This document shows positions 17,926 to 25,512 of a stretch of 64,000 bases of DNA, one piece after another. This stretch comes from Candidatus Omnitrophota bacterium (GTDB taxonomy: Bacteria; Omnitrophota; Gorgyraeia; Gorgyraeales; Gorgyraeaceae), in assembly GCA_043814965.1 (NCBI GenBank), contig JBDRJN010000003.1, positions 68,564 through 132,563 on the forward strand. The letters are read 5' to 3'. The position numbers were made by a program, and so were the translations under genes. Below the pieces are notes generated by a model. It was not told the origin of the DNA and ran no database searches. It worked only from the letters and a program-made list of their open reading frames with translations. The stretch's first letter is position 1. Every line of letters begins with the position of its first letter.

Positions 17926-19827
17926 TTAATTTATGTCTTTCTGTTTAAGTGTTTTGACAGTCTCTCTTATCATCCTGCAATATAGATCAAAACCTACAGC
18001 TGAGATATATCCATGCTGCTCGGTCCCGAGCAGATTCCCGGCGCCCCTTATCTCAAGGTCCTCCATCGCGATCTTGAACCCAGAGCCAAGGTCTTTATAA
18101 TGTTCTATGGCCCTAAGCCTTCTTTCAGAGTCTTTGCTCATTACCCTATCTTTTGGTATCAAAAAATAGGCATAAGCCTTCTTATCGAATCTTCCGACCC
18201 TTCCTTTTAGTTGATAGAGGTCCGCAAGGCCGAACCTATCAGCCCTGTTGACGATCAAAGTATTAGCGTTAGGTATATCTATACCAGACTCTATTATAAC
18301 CGTACATACCAATACGTCAATAGTTCCTTTCATAAATTCACTCATAACCTTTTCAAGCTCATGAGCCTTCATCCTCCCGTGGGCAATAGCTACCTTGGCC
18401 TTGGGGACCATCCTGGATATGTCTTCGGCTATTTTTTCTATACCCTCGATCCTATTATGAATAAAGAACACTTGGCCGCCTCTATTTTTTTCATAAGATA
18501 TGGCCTTTTTTATAAGGCCGTGATCATGATTTGATATGATTATTTCTATTGGGAGCCTGTTTTGAGGCGGCGTCTCGATGATAGACATATCCTTTATATC
18601 CATCAGCGACATGTACAATGTCCTCGGTATAGGTGTAGCGGTCAATGTCAATACATCCACCAGCATACGCATCTTCTTTAATTTCTCCTTGTCCTTGACG
18701 CCAAACCTTTGTTCCTCATCTATCACTACAAGGCCCAGGTCCTTAAATCTTATATCGTTCCTCAATATAGCATGCGTGCCTATGACTATATCGACACTGC
18801 CTTTTTCTATATCCTCCAGTATCCTGGACACTTCTGTCCTGGTCCTGAAACGACAGACCAGCTCGACCCTGACAGGAAATGCCTTCATCCTGTCTTTAAA
18901 AGTAATGAAATGCTGCTCTGCGAGTATCGTGGTGGGCACAAGCATTGCTACCTGTTTATTATCCATGACTGCCTTAAATATCGCCCTTAAAGCTACCTCT
19001 GTCTTGCCGTACCCTACATCTCCGCAGAGAAGCCTATCCATAGGCTTCTTGGATTCCATGTCTTTTTTTGCGTCTATGCATGAACGGACCTGGTCAGGGG
19101 TCTCTTTGTACGGAAATTCTTTTTCAAATTGCGCCTGCCAATCCGTATCTTTTGAAAAACTAAAACCCTCCAGCTTTGCCCTCTTTGCGTTTAGCTCCAA
19201 AAGATCGAACGCAAAAGAATAGACACCTTCCTTGACCTTGTCCTTTGTCCTTTGCCAGAACCTTCCTCCTAACTTGCTGAGCTTTGGAGGCCTTTTCTCA
19301 AAAGCTACATACTTTTGGATAAGGTTCATCTCTTCTATGGGTACGTATAATTTATCCTTGTTCTTATACTCGATGACTATATGATCCTTTTTCTCTCCAT
19401 GAAAATCTATCTCTTCAAAACCTTTAAACACTCCTATACCATGGTCAAGATGCACTATATGATCATTTACTTTTATATCTATAAAAGATTCAAGCGGCGA
19501 CTTGAGGCTTGCTTCAAATTGTTTTATCTTTCTTCTCTTTGGATAAAGGCCTATTTTTGGAAGGATTATCACCATAGCATGCTCTTCCAATGTCTCATTA
19601 GAGAGTATACTGAAGCTCTTTATAGATCCTACTTTTGTACCTAGAAGTTCTACCCTGAGAGGCCCATCAAAGGTAGGCGGGAATATATCTATAATGCCCC
19701 CTCGCATGCTAAAATCCCCTGGCTCGCTTATCCTGCCAGCCCTCTGATACCCATAATCTATAAGGGTCTTGGCAAGTTCATCGTATCTTATATCTTCGTC
19801 TTTGTAGATTTTTATGGATTCAAACAC
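17926..19827 (-). CDS. mfd: transcription-repair coupling factor Mfd, compact form (633 aa) lacking the N-terminal UvrB-homology/UvrA-binding region and the C-terminal D7
   Basis: Mfd-specific blocks (MDRLLCGDVGYGKTEVALRA, VDVLTLTATPIPRTL, VLVCTVIIESGIDIPNANTLIV, EIRGAGNLLGTEQHGYISAVGFDLY). The ORF abuts argS upstream and surA downstream, so no missing exon-like piece is nearby. Confidence 0.85.
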   Translation of the reverse strand: MFESIKIYKDEDIRYDELAKTLIDYGYQRAGRISEPGDFSMRGGIIDIFPPTFDGPLRVELLGTKVGSIKSFSILSNETLEEHAMVIILPKIGLYPKRRKIKQFEASLKSPLESFIDIKVNDHIVHLDHGIGVFKGFEEIDFHGEKKDHIVIEYKNKDKLYVPIEEMNLIQKYVAFEKRPPKLSKLGGRFWQRTKDKVKEGVYSFAFDLLELNAKRAKLEGFSFSKDTDWQAQFEKEFPYKETPDQVRSCIDAKKDMESKKPMDRLLCGDVGYGKTEVALRAIFKAVMDNKQVAMLVPTTILAEQHFITFKDRMKAFPVRVELVCRFRTRTEVSRILEDIEKGSVDIVIGTHAILRNDIRFKDLGLVVIDEEQRFGVKDKEKLKKMRMLVDVLTLTATPIPRTLYMSLMDIKDMSIIETPPQNRLPIEIIISNHDHGLIKKAISYEKNRGGQVFFIHNRIEGIEKIAEDISRMVPKAKVAIAHGRMKAHELEKVMSEFMKGTIDVLVCTVIIESGIDIPNANTLIVNRADRFGLADLYQLKGRVGRFDKKAYAYFLIPKDRVMSKDSERRLRAIEHYKDLGSGFKIAMEDLEIRGAGNLLGTEQHGYISAVGFDLYCRMIRETVKTLKQKDIN

Positions 19828-19829
19828 TT

Positions 19830-21467
19830 TTACATCTTTTCCGGAGCGCTTACACCTAAGAGAGTAAGCCCGCTTAAGATTATCCTTTTTAGGGCTGTTA
19901 CAAGAAACATCCTTGCATTAGTAACGTCTTTATCATCTGTTACTATCCTATAAGAATCATAATATGAGTGGAAATAACTGGAGAGTTCTTGAAGATACGA
20001 AAGCAATATATATGGCTCTAGATTACGGCTGCTTGATTCTATGATCCTGGGATACTGCATCATCTTTTTGATAAGATCTATCTCTTGGGGTTTGCCCAAG
20101 CCTGACAGGTCTGTTGGGTCAAGTTCTTTATCACTAGAAAAATTCAATACGCTTGAGATCCTTGCATAGGCATACTGAATATAATAGACTGGATTGTCCA
20201 TGCTCTTTGACTTTGCCAGCTCCAGGTCAAAATCAAGATGGCTGTCGGTCTTACGCATAATAAAAAAGAACCTTCCAGCATCTTTGCCGACTTCATCTAT
20301 GACCTCTCTTAGGGTTATGAATTCCCCTTCCCTTGTGGACATCCTTACTGGTTTTTTGTCCCTGAACAATGTAACCAGCTGAGCAATAAGTATAGACAAT
20401 CTGTCCTTATCAAAACTGAGCGCCTGGCAAGCTGCCTTTATCCTATTTATATATCCATGATGATCCGGCCCCCATATATTTATGACCTTATCATATCCTC
20501 TTTCAAATTTATCTTTATGGTAAGCTATGTCAGGTGCAAGATATGTAAAACTCCCGTCACTTTTTATAAGAACCCTGTCTTTATCATCCCCAAAAGCAGT
20601 CGAGCGGAACCATAAAGCCCCCTCTTCCTTAAATAAAAATCCTTTTTTCTCTAGGATCTCCAAAGCCTTGGCTATCTTCCCAGAACGACTGAGTTCTTTT
20701 TGACTGTACCATACATCGAATTCTACACCAAAATCAACCAGGTCTTTTTCTATGCCTTTCATCATGTAATTATACGCGTAATCTAAAAAATTCTCATCTT
20801 GTGGCTTGTAACTTGTGGCTTGTGCCTTCTTGATTTCTATTGCAATGTCTTTTATATACTCTCCCTTATATCCGTTTTCTGGCAGAGGAGTGCCTTCATA
20901 TCTAGCTTTTACTGACCTTGCAAGATTATTCATCTGTACACCTTCATCATTGATATAATATTCTCTTGTTACTTCATAACCGCAGAATTTAAGTATATTC
21001 GCAAGGCTATCCCCTACTGCTGCTTGCCGTCCATGCGCAACGGTCAAAGGCCCTGTAGGATTAGCGCTTACAAACTCTATCTGTATCTTTTTACCCTTAC
21101 CAAAAACATGTCCCCCAAAACCCTTGCCCTCCCTGATTATCTCTGATAAAGATTCTATTACCACGTTATCAGTTATATAAAAATTTATAAACCCTGGTTT
21201 TTCTTTTTTGACATCCCGTATCAGGCTTTTGTTTTCTGTTCCTGATAAATTTTCTTTTATATCAGCTATCAATTCATCAGCTATTTCCGCAGGGGGGCGT
21301 TTGAGGACTTTTGAAAGGCGCATCGCAATATTCGTAGAAAAATCACCGAATCTCTTGTCCTTGGGAACTTCCAGGTAAACATATTCCAGATAGTCTTCAG
21401 AGCTATCCAGCTTATTCTTGATGGACCCGCTTATTAAGGATATTAAGATCTGTTCTATCTTTGACAT
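19830..21467 (-). CDS. argS: arginine--tRNA ligase
   Basis: Class I HIGH region (SANPTGPLTVAHGRQAAVGDSL); C-terminal DALR anticodon-binding region. Confidence 0.9.
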   Translation of the reverse strand: MSKIEQILISLISGSIKNKLDSSEDYLEYVYLEVPKDKRFGDFSTNIAMRLSKVLKRPPAEIADELIADIKENLSGTENKSLIRDVKKEKPGFINFYITDNVVIESLSEIIREGKGFGGHVFGKGKKIQIEFVSANPTGPLTVAHGRQAAVGDSLANILKFCGYEVTREYYINDEGVQMNNLARSVKARYEGTPLPENGYKGEYIKDIAIEIKKAQATSYKPQDENFLDYAYNYMMKGIEKDLVDFGVEFDVWYSQKELSRSGKIAKALEILEKKGFLFKEEGALWFRSTAFGDDKDRVLIKSDGSFTYLAPDIAYHKDKFERGYDKVINIWGPDHHGYINRIKAACQALSFDKDRLSILIAQLVTLFRDKKPVRMSTREGEFITLREVIDEVGKDAGRFFFIMRKTDSHLDFDLELAKSKSMDNPVYYIQYAYARISSVLNFSSDKELDPTDLSGLGKPQEIDLIKKMMQYPRIIESSSRNLEPYILLSYLQELSSYFHSYYDSYRIVTDDKDVTNARMFLVTALKRIILSGLTLLGVSAPEKM

Positions 21468-21542
21468 GATTTTCTTTAATAATAAATAAGGCCGAGCCCC
21501 AAAAGACGCTCTAGGTCTTTATGCCCGGCCGCTAGACTGTCT

Positions 21543-22664
21543 TTATTTTTTACGCCTTATCTTTTTACTGAGGACCTTTAAGAAGGCCTTGACTATATCC
21601 GGATCGAACTGCTTACCAGAGCCATCCATCAATTCCTGCCTAGCCTTTTTACTAGAAAGGGCTTTTCTGTAAGGCCTGTCCGAGACCATAGATTCATACG
21701 CATCTACTACTGAGAGTATCCTTGCCCCAAGGGGTATTTCTTGTTTTTTCAATTTACCTGGATATCCCAAGCCGTCATATCTTTCATGATGCCGCAATAT
21801 TATAGGAGCAAGTTCCTCTAAAAACCCTATCTGTTTTACTATGCCATAACCTAACGAAGGGTGCATTGCCATGACTTTCCATTCTTCGCTATTTAGGCTG
21901 GAGGGTTTTCTTAATATCCCCACATCTATCCCAATCTTTCCAATATCATGGAGAAGGCTCGCGTATCTTAGGACCTCTTTATCATGCTTGGATAACTTGA
22001 GCGCGTCTGCAATATCCAGGCAATGCCTCATCACCTTTTCTGAATGGCCGTATGTATGGCTGTCTTTGGCATCTATTATATTTGAAAGGGTCTTTATTGT
22101 ATTCAGATAACTGACTTCTGCGCTCCGGTATAGCTTTGCATTTTCTATGGCTATAGCAGCCTGTGAGGCAAACATGCACAAGGCATTGACATCTTCTTTA
22201 GTGTACTTGTGGGGCTTTTTGTTATAAACGCTCAAGACCCCTATTATCCTCTCTTTCTGAATAAGCGGTACAGTAGCTAGTGACAGAAGTTTCTGCTGTT
22301 CAGCAAGATGCGGGTATTTATAGTTACTTTCTTTTCGCAGGTCATTTATAACGCATGGCTTGCCGCTTTTTACGACACGGCCTGCAATGCTTTCTCCTAT
22401 CTTAAGGGATTTTTTTATCTTAAATGAATTATGGTTCAATCCCTGGATGCACTTGAGCACCAATTCCTGTTTTTCGACATCCAAAAGCCTCAAGGAACAG
22501 GAAGTGACATTCATTATATCCTTCACTTTTTTTGTTATCAAATTAAGCACTTCGTCTAATTGGAGAGTGGAACTAATGGATTTTCCTACCTCGTACAAGG
22601 CAGAAAGTTCTTTTATTCTTTTGGCGAGTTCTTTTTCGAGGTTCGTTTTTTCTTTTTTTGACAT
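21543..22664 (-). CDS. GAF-domain HD-GYP phosphodiesterase (c-di-GMP signalling)
   Basis: GAF region followed by HD (LLHDIGK) and HHERYDGLGYPGKL (the HD-GYP signature). Confidence 0.85.
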   Translation of the reverse strand: MSKKEKTNLEKELAKRIKELSALYEVGKSISSTLQLDEVLNLITKKVKDIMNVTSCSLRLLDVEKQELVLKCIQGLNHNSFKIKKSLKIGESIAGRVVKSGKPCVINDLRKESNYKYPHLAEQQKLLSLATVPLIQKERIIGVLSVYNKKPHKYTKEDVNALCMFASQAAIAIENAKLYRSAEVSYLNTIKTLSNIIDAKDSHTYGHSEKVMRHCLDIADALKLSKHDKEVLRYASLLHDIGKIGIDVGILRKPSSLNSEEWKVMAMHPSLGYGIVKQIGFLEELAPIILRHHERYDGLGYPGKLKKQEIPLGARILSVVDAYESMVSDRPYRKALSSKKARQELMDGSGKQFDPDIVKAFLKVLSKKIRRKK

Positions 22665-22999
22665 AGCCTGACCTTCCGCGCATCTCCCCATAAACTCTCT
22701 AGATTATAGAAAGCCCTAGCTTCTTTAGAAAATATATGAGCTATGACATCAAAGGCATCTATCAAAATCCAATTTGCCTCCCGGTATCCTTCAGTACCAG
22801 ACAGGGACATCTTTTTCTTCGAAAGGCCTTCCTCTATTGTATCTGCGATCGTTTGGGCTCGTTTAGATGAGCTTGCGGTAGCAATTATAAAAAAGTTCGT
22901 GATATTGGACAGCTTCTTCATATCCAATATCACGATATCTTCGGCTTTTTTAGATATAGCAAGACCTGCTACAAAAAGCGCTTTTTCTTTAGGATTCAC
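22613..22999 (-). CDS. rsfS: ribosomal silencing factor RsfS (Iojap)
   Basis: KKAEDIVILDMKKLSNITNFFIIATASSSKRAQTIADTIEE...WILIDAFDVIAHIF; conserved nadD-rsfS linkage. Confidence 0.85.
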   Translation of the reverse strand: MNPKEKALFVAGLAISKKAEDIVILDMKKLSNITNFFIIATASSSKRAQTIADTIEEGLSKKKMSLSGTEGYREANWILIDAFDVIAHIFSKEARAFYNLESLWGDARKVRLCQKKKKRTSKKNSPKE

Positions 23000-23019
23000 G
23001 TATTATTCCGGATAAAACT

Positions 23020-23166
23020 TTACTTATTACCAAGGATACAGAACATTTTAGTACCACAAGATACGCATATGCCCTTCATTGCCCTGCGCTTGTTCTTCAT
23101 TACTACTTCCTTCGCATCCTTCATTTCTTTCTTTGATTTACATTTTACACAATAACCCTTTGCCAT
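23020..23166 (-). CDS. small (48 aa) zinc-ribbon protein, DUF5679-like; not in the supplied ORF track
   Basis: Manual translation: MAKGYCVKCKSKKEMKDAKEVVMKNKRRAMKGICVSCGTKMFCILGNK; CxxC...CxxC; fills the gap between nadD and rsfS. Confidence 0.5.
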   Translation of the reverse strand: MAKGYCVKCKSKKEMKDAKEVVMKNKRRAMKGICVSCGTKMFCILGNK

Positions 23167-23298
23167 TTAATACCTCCCTTTGTTTTAATTGTAGTAACTT
23201 TAGCATAATATTTTATAAATGTCAAATAATTTTCCAAAAATTAAGCAAATCAAGGGCATGTGTCACTTGGACAAGTTACTAATGGCCTGCCATCACTA

Positions 23299-23865
23299 TT
23301 AATATAGAGAAAATCTGACTATATAGCTATTTACTTCTTTTGATACAAGGGTTGATATTGGGAGGTTGTTGTGGACCATTTTTCTAATATCAGTGGAGGA
23401 GATATCTTTTGCCTTTATGTCCAGGCTGGAAAACCCCTTAGGCATACCTTCAATAGTATGCCCTGGCCGTTTCACTATAAGGAATGTGCAAAGCTTAAGC
23501 ATCTTATCGAGGTCTTTCCATATCTTAAGGACCTTAAGAGAATCTGAGCCTGTTATGAAAAATAGCTCTGAGCGTTTCCCATATTTTTTCTTAAAGTACT
23601 TTACGGTATCTATAGAGTAGGACCTGCCTTTTCTATCAAGCTCGATCCTTGATACAATAAGACCCTTGTTGCCTTTTACAGCCAGCTTAAGCATATTATA
23701 TCTATGACGAGCTTCAGTTACTTTGATATTTTTTTTGTGAGGTGGGATATAAGTAGGGACAAATATTGCTTTATCCAGGGAAAGTTTTTCGAGGACCTTT
23801 TTAGCAAGATACAAGTGCCCATTATGTACAGGATCGAACGTACCGCCTAATATACCTATTCGCAT
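23299..23865 (-). CDS. nadD: nicotinate-nucleotide adenylyltransferase
   Basis: IGILGGTFDPVHNGHL (the (H/T)xGH nucleotidyltransferase motif). Confidence 0.9.
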   Translation of the reverse strand: MRIGILGGTFDPVHNGHLYLAKKVLEKLSLDKAIFVPTYIPPHKKNIKVTEARHRYNMLKLAVKGNKGLIVSRIELDRKGRSYSIDTVKYFKKKYGKRSELFFITGSDSLKVLKIWKDLDKMLKLCTFLIVKRPGHTIEGMPKGFSSLDIKAKDISSTDIRKMVHNNLPISTLVSKEVNSYIVRFSLY

Positions 23866-23881
23866 AAGATCATCTCGTTAA

Positions 23882-23949
23882 AATTAGGGACACATCCCTT
23901 TTTTATTTACTCTGTTTTTTATTTTAAAAAAAGGGATGTGTCCCTAATT
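23882..23949 (-). terminator. long perfect hairpin immediately after the apt stop (putative intrinsic terminator)
   Basis: aattagggacacatccctttttt ... aaaaaagggatgtgtccctaatt, ~22 bp stem, followed by a short T-run on the coding strand. Confidence 0.5.
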
Positions 23950-24465
23950 TTAATAATTTACCATCGAGTAGACTGGCAGGCCTTTTAGCTTTTCGCGGCC
24001 TTTTAGGTCAGCCAGCTCTATGATAAAGACAACCTCTACTATCTCGCCTTTTAATTTTTTTGCTAGCTCGGTTACAGCACTTGCGGTACCGCCTGTGGCA
24101 AGAAGGTCATCCACTATAATAACCCTGGAGCCTGGTTTAAATGCATCTTCGTGCATCTCTAAGGCGTCTTCTCCATATTCAAGGGAATATGTGGCAGAAA
24201 TAGCCCTGTAAGGAAGCTTGCCCTTCTTTCTTACAGGAACAAATGAAGCTCCTAGCCTATATGCCAGGGCGCCTCCAAAAATAAACCCGCGGGAATCTAT
24301 AGCAAGTATGGCATCTATATTTTTATCCTTATAGCGCTCGGTCAGGATGTCTATGACTTCTTTGAATTTATCGGGATCTCCTATGAGAGTAGTTATGTCC
24401 CTGAATAAAATACCTTTTTTTGGAAAATCCGGAATACTGCGAATATACTTCTTTAAATCATCCAT
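23950..24465 (-). CDS. apt: adenine phosphoribosyltransferase
   Basis: IPDFPKKGILFRDIT...VIIVDDLLATGGTA PRTase motif. Confidence 0.9.
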   Translation of the reverse strand: MDDLKKYIRSIPDFPKKGILFRDITTLIGDPDKFKEVIDILTERYKDKNIDAILAIDSRGFIFGGALAYRLGASFVPVRKKGKLPYRAISATYSLEYGEDALEMHEDAFKPGSRVIIVDDLLATGGTASAVTELAKKLKGEIVEVVFIIELADLKGREKLKGLPVYSMVNY

Positions 24466-24513
24466 TATTTACTCCCTCACTATATACTACATACTAAATA
24501 CTATATACTGCCT

Positions 24514-25335
24514 TTAATATTCTCCTAATTCGCCACTCTGCTGTATAATATGGCCTCTTAGTTTTTCAAGCGCTGCGCTTTCGATCTGTCTTACGCGTTC
24601 TCTCGTGATACCAAAACATTTTGCAGTATCTCCAAGCGTATGAGTAGTCCCATCAAAAAGCCCAAATCTCATATCAAGGATCTTTTTTTCTCTCTCATTC
24701 ATATGCGCCAGGAGCTTATCGACTCTTTCTTTTCTGAGGGACTCGCTTATGTTGTCCATCGGGGAAGAACTCGAAGAGTCCTCTATGAGATCCATGAATT
24801 GGCCTGTACCATCATCGCCTATCGGTGCATCGAGCGACGAGATCTTTGTAGCTACCTCGCTTATCTCGCGCACCTTTTTCATGGACACGCGCATCAGCTT
24901 TGCGATCTCTTTTGTCTTGGGTTTTCTGCCGTATTTTTGAGTAAGCTGTTCTGTTATCCTCTTCCACCTATTAATGATCTCTGTCATGTAAACAGGGATC
25001 CTTATGGTCTTGCCTTGGTTGGCAATAGCACGGGTTATATATTGTTTTATCCACCATGCTGCATACGTAGAAAATCTGTACCCCTTGTAAGGGTTGTATT
25101 TTTTGACTGCCTTTATAAGGCCAAGGTTGCCCTCCTCTATCAAGTCCATCATCGGAACGCCTAGTTTTGAATAACGCTTTGCGATGTTTATGACAAGCCT
25201 GAGATTGGACTGGATCATCTTTTTTCTGGCCTTAGAATCTCCTTTTCTTGACTTTCTGGAAACAGACCTTTCTTGTTCCGGAGTCAATAGCGGAATATCC
25301 TTGATCGCCCTCAAATAAAGCTTGATAGAATCCAT
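24514..25335 (-). CDS. sigma-70 family RNA polymerase sigma factor (regions 2-4 only; RpoD/RpoS-like)
   Basis: Region 2 (DLIEEGNLGLIKAVKKYNPYKGYRFSTYAAWWIKQYI); region 4 HTH (TLGDTAKCFGITRERVRQIESAALEKLR). Confidence 0.85.
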   Translation of the reverse strand: MDSIKLYLRAIKDIPLLTPEQERSVSRKSRKGDSKARKKMIQSNLRLVINIAKRYSKLGVPMMDLIEEGNLGLIKAVKKYNPYKGYRFSTYAAWWIKQYITRAIANQGKTIRIPVYMTEIINRWKRITEQLTQKYGRKPKTKEIAKLMRVSMKKVREISEVATKISSLDAPIGDDGTGQFMDLIEDSSSSSPMDNISESLRKERVDKLLAHMNEREKKILDMRFGLFDGTTHTLGDTAKCFGITRERVRQIESAALEKLRGHIIQQSGELGEY

Positions 25336-25512
25336 ATTTATTTCCCAACAACTGTTATAGTAATGACTACATTTATTATAATATCAAAAATTAAAATGTA
25401 AAAATAAAAATTATAATTTAAAATTCAAAAAGTAAATTCAGGAATAACTTATATAATTTTACATTTTGATATGTAATTTTAATATTTAATGTTTGCTATT
25501 TAATTTTAAACA
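25336..25512. repeat. AT-rich inverted-repeat intergenic element upstream of the sigma-factor gene
   Basis: Left arm 25381-25435 (atatcaaaaattaaaatgtaaaaataaaaatt...), right arm 25457-25491 (ttttacattttgatatgtaattttaatattt). Confidence 0.5.

Noticed and set aside
18578-19222. 214 aa plus-strand ORF
   Set aside because: Lies wholly inside and antisense to mfd. Ser/Leu-rich composition reflects the complement of the Lys/Glu-rich coding strand. No start-site context.
21468-21542. GC-rich imperfect hairpin after the HD-GYP gene
   Set aside because: The stem has mismatches (ggccgagc / gcccggcc) and there is no T-run, so it is not reported as a terminator.
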